64,000 nucleotides of DNA from Octopus vulgaris (lineage: Eukaryota): assembly GCA_951406725.2 (NCBI GenBank), contig OX597825.1, positions 67,332,001 through 67,396,000 of the forward strand. The letters are read 5' to 3'. Shown here in pieces: positions 57,120-64,000 of this stretch (position 1 is its first letter; every line of letters begins with the position of its first letter). Under the pieces are notes generated by a model, which was not told the DNA's origin, made no database searches, and saw nothing but the letters and a program-made list of their open reading frames with translations. The position numbers and the translations under genes were made by a program.

Positions 57120-58747
57120 AATTATTTTATTTGCTAAGAAAACTCAGAAACCATGGTCCAGGAGATAGATGGTAAATGTTATTATTTTTCATTCCATTCG
57201 AATTTTTATCCCTAATAGTGGTTTGGACTTTAGCTGTTCCTTCTAGCGTGAAATTCAAGCTATGAGGCTACAGGATAACAGTAACCCTGAACGCAGATTT
57301 CTAATCTTAGGACCCGCTTCATCCTTAACATAAATCTACTGCTTATCCCACCTCTGTCATTAGAATTCTCTCCTTACTTTTCTTCATTGACATCATTTTT
57401 ATTCCGTATAACCATCATTGGAACTATTGTCGTTCGCAGAAGATATGCACTTCACATAATCATCCCCGGCTTAAGGACCTAATCATTGAAATAGTCCAAT
57501 CCCCAGTCTCTCTTTATGTTATATTTATCGGACACCTCCGTCATTACTTATACTCAATATATTTATTATAATTGTTATAACCTGGTATTGAACCCTTGTA
57601 TCATCTCAACACCTTCATTGGCTATACTCATCTTCCTCGCTTTCTTAATTAATATTTTGCCCAAATTTCCTTTCACGTTTCAACTTTTTACTTGTTTAAA
57701 CAGAAATAAAGCAAATTTATTGCTGTCTTCCTGCTATTTCTGTTTTTTTCCTGTTTGGTTTTCATAGATTTTATAATTTTTACGAAAATTTCCAATATCT
57801 TTAAATTCTGATGTACTCCGTTATCTTTGCATCGTCTTCCACAGTATTTTTTTCTAATCACTTTTGCTAATCAGTTTTTCTAATCATTTTTCCCAATAAT
57901 ATTACAAAATAATTTTCCAGTTTTTGTCATCATAATGTTCTTTGAATATCTGTTTTCCATTTTTTTCTATAACTACCAATTACTCTTCATTCGTAATTTA
58001 TTTATTTTTCATTTTATTTTTCGAATTATTGGTCCTTTCTCCAAAAGAGTGCCCCCAGTTATGAATCCGTTTCGTTTTTCAGCAATTCTTAATATTTTAT
58101 TCACAACATTCCTAATCATCATTTCACTCAAGTTCACCCTAACCCCAACACTAACCCTGACCCTAACCCTAACCATACTATATTATATTTCACTTTCAAT
58201 AATTCTAAGAGTTCATCATTTTGTATTCCAAATTCTACACTCAAATACCTGTTTCCTCTTTGTGATTCCGCTTCAGTTCCCCTCTTCCTTTACTGTATTT
58301 AATTAACTTTTATTATGTTTCATTTTATTTCTATTACCCCTTTCTTTTCCTTCTTCTTTCCTTCTCTCCTGATTTTCCTCCATCACCCTATCCACACCCA
58401 TTAGTAGACTTCTTCTCATCATCATACCCTATTGCTAGAAAACTATATATAATGTACAAACCGCAGATGAAACTTGGAGTAGCAAGTCGGTGACTAATTT
58501 AGGTTATATATATATATATATATATATAAATTATAATAATAATAATATTAGGGAGTAAATCGAAACTTACAGGGAAAAATTAGATTTAGGATTAAATCTA
58601 ATTTTACAGTATAAATATAAATTAAATTAGAGATAAAACCACTATTAGAATAAAAAAGAATAAAAATATAAAAATTATTTCTACGTTTTGGTTTATGTTT
58701 TTCACTGTTTGATTTGCCTAATAGTGGTTTTATCTCTAATTTAATTG

Positions 58748-58799
<52 letters not shown>

Positions 58800-59085
58800 A
58801 TGTATGTGTGTATGCACGCATGTATATATGCATGTATTTATGTCGATAGGTAGACAGAGAGAGATAAGTATAGATATATATTAATACTTAGCAGAAGTAA
58901 CCGACTGACTCAAGGTCCAAAAATTTCATGCGTAGGCAGTTATCAAACTAGTATGAAATGTGCCAACGCACGAAACTCTTGGACCTTGAGTCACTCTGTT
59001 AATTCTACAAAATATTAATAATATTATACATATACTCATATTTTGAGTTTTATTTTTTCAGTTTGCGTCACCTTACCATAGTATA

Positions 59086-60106
59086 TACAGGGGTTAGACA
59101 AAATAATGGAAACACCTAGCATCATAGAATCATAATTTTGAAATATCTATAAAAGCGTCAAAAGCTTGCTTATTTTTATGTATTTTGAATTATTATTAGT
59201 GTTCCTTAATAGTTTTTGCTGAAATTGCTATTTGTTTTCTGATATCATCATAGAAAGGTATTTACAATTCATTAAAGTATCAGATATATCGGCCTTTTAA
59301 AGTGGTCAAATCGTCGAGGCACCTATTGGCAGGCGCTAGCCTAACGAATACAGCCTAAATGTTGGGTGTATCAAGAAGTTCTGTCTCGAAAGTAAGGACA
59401 GCCTAACCTTCTCGTCGAAACAGAACTCTGGAAGAAAACCAAAACTTACTCTTACGCGGATTGTTAGAAAGGATCACAAAAGTACAGCTCTCAAAATAGC
59501 ATTCTTCTACTGCTCTAAGGACCAATTCTGTAGGTTTTTACTCCACTCTAAACGCTTTGCAACGTTTGTTTCTGAAAGTAGTGGTTCTCTGATTGTAGCC
59601 CTCCAGTGAAATCCGGCTTTGTATAGCTTCCAGCGAACAGTTTTTGTGGAAACTGGTTTCTGGAGGTGGTCATTAAGCTCTGCAGTAATTTTGGGAGCTG
59701 TACTTTTATGATCCTTTCTAACAATTCGCGTAAGAGTCGACGGTCCCTATCTGAAAGTTTTCGTTTTCTTCCAGAGTTTTATTTCGACGAGGAGGATTTT
59801 CCCACTTTCTCAAAGGCTGTCATTATTTTCGAGACAGTACTTTTTGATACACCAAATATTTCGGCTGTTTTCGTTACCAACAATTTTACCTCTTTGAAAG
59901 TCCGATAGATCGGTCATTTTAATGAATTTAATTCACCTTTTTCTGGTGATATCTGAAAAGAAACAGAAATTTTAGCAAAACATATTAAGGAACACTAATA
60001 ATAAATGAAAAATCTTAAAAATAAACAAACTTTTGACAGTTTTATAGATATTTCAAAATTATGATGCAACGGTGCTAGGTGTTTCCATTATTTTGTCCAA
60101 CCCATG
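59086..60106. mobile_element. Tc1-derived foldback element made of two left halves joined in inverted orientation
   Basis: Ends CAGGGGTTAGACAAAATAATGGAAACACCTAGCA / TGCTAGGTGTTTCCATTATTTTGTCCAACCCATG; both arms carry transposase N-terminal remnants (SVSKV/TVSKI..NSGRK.KL). Confidence 0.85.
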
Positions 60107-60111
60107 AATAT

Positions 60112-60183
<72 letters not shown>

Positions 60184-60190
<7 letters not shown>

Positions 60191-60497
60191 ATCACGTGAC
60201 CGACCAAGCCATCAGAGGTTGCTACACATCTCTGGTCACAATGCACTTCGCATTGTTTTAGCCTTCAATGAGGCCACCCCTTTGGCTAAGCGAGCAGGCC
60301 AACAGAACAAAGAGTGAGAGAATTTGTGGTGAAAGTGTACACCAGGGAACACCACCACCCCCTGCCGGAGCCTCAAGGAGATTTAGGTGTTTTCGCTCAC
60401 CTAAATAATAAATAATCACAATGCCCGGTCTCGGAATCGAAACGGCGATCCTACGACCGCGAGTCCGATACCCTAACCACTGGGCCATTGTGCCTCA
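60184..60497 (-). mobile_element. tRNA-derived SINE family C
   Basis: Reverse complement of 47174-47466. Confidence 0.85.
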
Positions 60498-60525
60498 CAC
60501 ACACACGCACACACACACACACACA

Positions 60526-60561
<36 letters not shown>

Positions 60562-60702
60562 TGTATGTATGTATGTATAAATAAATATTGATCATAGAAC
60601 AATCATCAAATTCGAGTCAACGACTTTATTATATAAAACCATACCTCCAAACATTTGATCATATATAAATATTACCATGGTTCTTAAACACATATATATA
60701 TA

Positions 60703-62276
60703 TAACGGGAAGCTTTATGAAAATAGACAAAAGACGAAGGCAGGTTTACGGAAATAAACAAAAGACGAAGGCAGGTGGAATACAAACAAACAATTGTATT
60801 AGTATGGCGCTCAGGAAATATATATAAAAACAAGTCTTTAACGTTTCGAGCCTACGCTCTTCAACAGAAAGATACACAGAGAAAAAACACAGAAAGAAGG
60901 AAAGAAAAAAATATGCGTGCAGAGGCTAGCGAATCAACATGGCGATCTGATTTCGGCCAGAAGTCAAAGATCAAACGTGAGACGCAAGAGCGAAATTAGG
61001 GGAGATAATAGGGTTAAATGACCTCGCTCCAACATAAGGGTGTGTGTGTGTGTATGAGAAGAGTGTGTTTGTGTGTATGAGAGAGTATTAGTGCGTATGA
61101 GAGGTCTGGACGTGTGTATGTTTATATGATGTGATGTGTAAAGTCGTATGGTGTAGTGTAGAGAGAGGAGATGAGGGAAGAGGGGGAGGTAGGGGAGAGG
61201 GGAGGGGAGAAAGAAAGAGGAGAAGAGGAGGGGGAAGGGGGAGAAGGAAGGAGAGGAGAAGAGGAGGGGAGAAGGAAGGAGAGGAGAAGAGGAGGGGAGA
61301 GGAGAAGAGGAGGAGAGAGGAGGAGGAAGGATAGAGGGAGAGGGGGAGAGAGAGAGAGAAGGGGAGTGAGGGAGCAGAGAGAAAGAGGGAAGGGGAAGAG
61401 GGAAGAAGGAGGGAGTGAGAAAGAGGGAAGAAGGGAAGAGGAGTAGGGGTGAAAGGATGAAGGACTGAAGAGAAGTAGGGGTCGGGGGGAGGTTAGATGA
61501 GGAGGGGGAGACGGGGGTTAGATGAGGAGGGGGAGAGTTGAGACCAAATGGCGTATAAGAGCGAAGAGAGAAGATTAATTCCTGTTCACGGCGCAAACGG
61601 GAATCCGGATGGCCTCTGTGTAAGGACAAACCGAACACAGACAGGTGTTGCAAGGAGTGACCGGTGGAGCGGAAATGGCGTGAGACCGGTGTGTCGTTCG
61701 CAAGGCGGATGTCACGAAGGTGTTCCGCGAACCGGTCAGCCAAGCGGCGTCCCGTTTGTCCGATGTACAGGGAATGGCAGAGAGAGCAAGAGACGCAATA
61801 GATAATATTGCTGGAGGTGCAGGTGAAGGAGTTGATGATGCGATAGGGTCGATGATGGGTGCCAGTGAGGAGGGTGGTGTTGGAGAGGTAAGGGCAAGTG
61901 CAGCAACGTGGGCGGGAGCAGGGGAACGAGCCAGGTTGGGCGGTAGGGTCAGGGTAGGAGCTATGGACCAAAAGGTCTCTAAGGTTATGGGCTCGTTTGA
62001 AAGAGGGGAGGGGTCGGTTAGGGAAGAGGTGTGAAGTGGACGGGTCGGACTGGAGATGACGGAAAGCTCGAAGAATAGTGCGTTGGAGAAGTAGGGTCGT
62101 GGGGTGGTAAGTGAGGAGAAAAGGGAGGCGGGAGACTACAGGGCGGGTTCGGGGAGAGAGAACAGATACACGGTCCACGGAATGTGCTCTGGCAAGGGCA
62201 GTGTGGATAGTGGTGAGGGGGTATCCACGTAGGATGAAGTGGTGAGCCATACGTTGAGACTGAGTCTCAAAGTCAT
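60703..62276 (-). mobile_element. 5'-truncated PLE (Neptune-like) with thumb/linker, Cys motif and intact GIY-YIG; (TA)n at both ends
   Basis: FILRGYP, LPFLLTYHP, SFKRAHNLRDLLVHS, CSRPRCCTC, FTCTSSNIIYCVSCSLCHSLYIGQTGRRLADRFAEH, RE..LIFSL....PFGLN over 62276-61537; pyrimidine-rich 3' tract; HHR variant at 60835-60872. Confidence 0.9.
60835..60872 (-). ncRNA. 38-nt minimal HHR variant (U at position 6, extra A after A9)
   Basis: UCUUU-CUGUUGA-A-GAGC GUAG GCUC-GAA-ACGU-U/AAAGA. Confidence 0.65.
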
Positions 62277-62295
62277 ATATATATATATATATATA

Positions 62296-62486
62296 CGGAG
62301 AATTCACAAAAAAACCCCAAAAAAAACGAAGACAGGAGGTGTAGACAACAAACGGATGAATTAACATAACGCCCGGGAAGTGAAAAAGTATTTAACCTTT
62401 CGAGCCTACGCTCTTCCACAGAAAGGAACACAGAAAGAAACAAGGAGAGAAAATAAAGAATCTGTAGTGGCTAGCGAGCTATCATG
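62296..62486 (-). mobile_element. 3' terminus of a related PLE subfamily with a decayed HHR variant (62389-62426)
   Basis: Aligns by eye with 60703-60950 (TTTCGAGCCTACGCTCTTC.ACAGAAAG..ACACAGA; GGCTAGCGA); core CUGUGGA-A-GAGC GUAG GCUC-GAAA. Confidence 0.7.
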
Positions 62487-62513
62487 AGTACAAACGTATG
62501 GATTTATATATGT

Positions 62514-62830
62514 GGTTGTTGTCGTCGTCGTCGGTTGATGGTCACTATTTTGTTCAGAAATCATCTGCAGCACTCTCACATGTGGGCTACACGAGCTGCT
62601 CTCGATGTGCAGCGGCGATGGCATCTGCTACAAGGAAAGATGCATACACAATGGAGAAGTGACGTCTTTCATGTGCTTCTTCAGATATCATGTGGTCTCC
62701 GTTGTATCTGCTCAATCGTTGCAATTACGAGATGTAGCAATCGGTGCCATTCATTGCACTACAGCATTTTTGTGCGCCTGGGTGTCTAGGGAAATGCTGG
62801 ATTTCTAAATATGTCTATTCAGCACATACC
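62514..62830 (-). pseudogene. Decayed RTE/BovB-like LINE 3' end
   Basis: FPCSRCHRRCTSRAARVAHM*EC resembles the RTE C-terminal C2H2-like finger; followed by a short (CGA/CAA)n tail. Confidence 0.45.
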
Positions 62831-62998
62831 TCTAAGCTTCGGCCAACGCGGCTCCCCCTGCACTGGTGCAGCTAAGCATAGGGAACCACCTATGGGATCT
62901 TGACGCTCTGTATGCTACAGACATGTCCTGCACGGCACAGCTGCGATGATACCTCTACACTAACAGCACTAGCATGATGCGACACCTCTACAGACATG

Positions 62999-63176
<178 letters not shown>

Positions 63177-63178
63177 TT

Positions 63179-63742
63179 CTCATATATATTTAAATGTTAA
63201 ACATCTGGAGTTTTACAGATTTCTACAGATGGATTGGATCTGTAGTCTTCGAATTAGCTTTCCCTTTCCTAGTTTTGCGAAATCTAGTTTCTCAAGACGG
63301 GTATTTAGGCAGTGTGTTACATATCACAGTGCTCCAGTAATTACAGGTATAAACCTAGCCTTGTAATCTGGGTAGAGTAACATGCTCATATATATTTAAA
63401 TGTTAAACATCTGGAGTTTTACAGATTTCTACAGATGGATTGGATCTGTAGTCTTCGAATTAGCTTTCCCCTTTCTAGTTTTGCGAAGTCTAGTTTCTCA
63501 AGACGGGTATTTAGGCAGTGTGTTACATATCCCAGAGCTCCAGTAATTACAGGTATAAACCTAGCCTTGTAATCTGGGTAGAGTAACAGCAAACTTCTCA
63601 ATAATTCAGTATAGGTACTTTCTTTTCAGCTGCTCTTCGGCTTTATGTTAACATCCGCTGGGCAGCTGATTTCCACAAATTTACACAATTTTACTTCTCT
63701 ATTTCAAATCATTATACGAGGCCTATTGTGTTTACATTTTAT
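63179..63742 (-). mobile_element. R4/Dong-type restriction-like endonuclease 3' fragment with a 206-bp-period tandem duplication
   Basis: KHNRP.I.I..REVKLCKFVEISCPADVNI..Y.ELLRSL..LYPDYK..FIPVITGALG; 63179-63382 duplicates 63385-63588. Confidence 0.8.
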
Positions 63743-64000
63743 AATGTATATGTGTATGTATGTATGTATGTATGTATGTATGTATGTATGTATGTATGTA
63801 TGTATGTATGTATGTATGTATGTATGTATGTATGTATGTATGTATGTATGTGTGTGTATGTATGTATGTATGTGTGTATGTATGTATGTGTGTATGTATG
63901 TATGTATGTTTGTATGTATGTATGTGTGTATGTATGTGTGTATGTATGTATGTGTGTATGTATGTGTGTATGTATGTATGTATGTGTGTATGTATGTATG

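Noticed and set aside
58136-58175. Telomere-like (TAACCC)n; also TTAGGG-like units at about 42727
   Set aside because: Only a few degenerate units; the 42727 ones are internal to a MITE.
58461-58495. HHR-like CAGATGA-AACTTG..CAAGTC
   Set aside because: GAAA and stems I and III are absent; too decayed to call.
60964-62367. 467-aa ORF as a single gene
   Set aside because: It is a chimera of an upstream PLE tail, a (TA)n tract, the real PLE segment (62276-61537) and a CT-rich low-complexity tract.

Overview
AT-rich, microsatellite-dense animal genomic DNA. The SINE/LINE repertoire and (TA)n/(ATT)n/(TAGA)n load resemble an octopus genome; this is an inference, no search was run. The only clear host gene piece is the first coding exon of a class A peptide GPCR (minus strand, 17917-18287); I did not find its later exons in the window. 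Almost everything else is transposon-derived: a near-complete Naiad-like Penelope-like element (PLE; RT + GIY-YIG), further PLE 3' fragments, R4/Dong, Tx1/L1, CR1 and RTE LINE pieces, Helitron and Tc1/mariner relics, MITEs and several tRNA-derived SINE families. Most ORFs in the supplied track are microsatellite artefacts. The main unannotated signal is a dense set of type I hammerhead-ribozyme (HHR) motifs folded by hand: six well formed plus several decayed or half copies. Most lie about 120-330 bp upstream of a (TA)n tract, either in PLE 3' ends or in short non-coding TA-flanked cassettes. They include a G3-C8 core swap, a U6 core variant shared by two diverged copies, and very long stem II versions. 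Folding and activity were not computed or tested.
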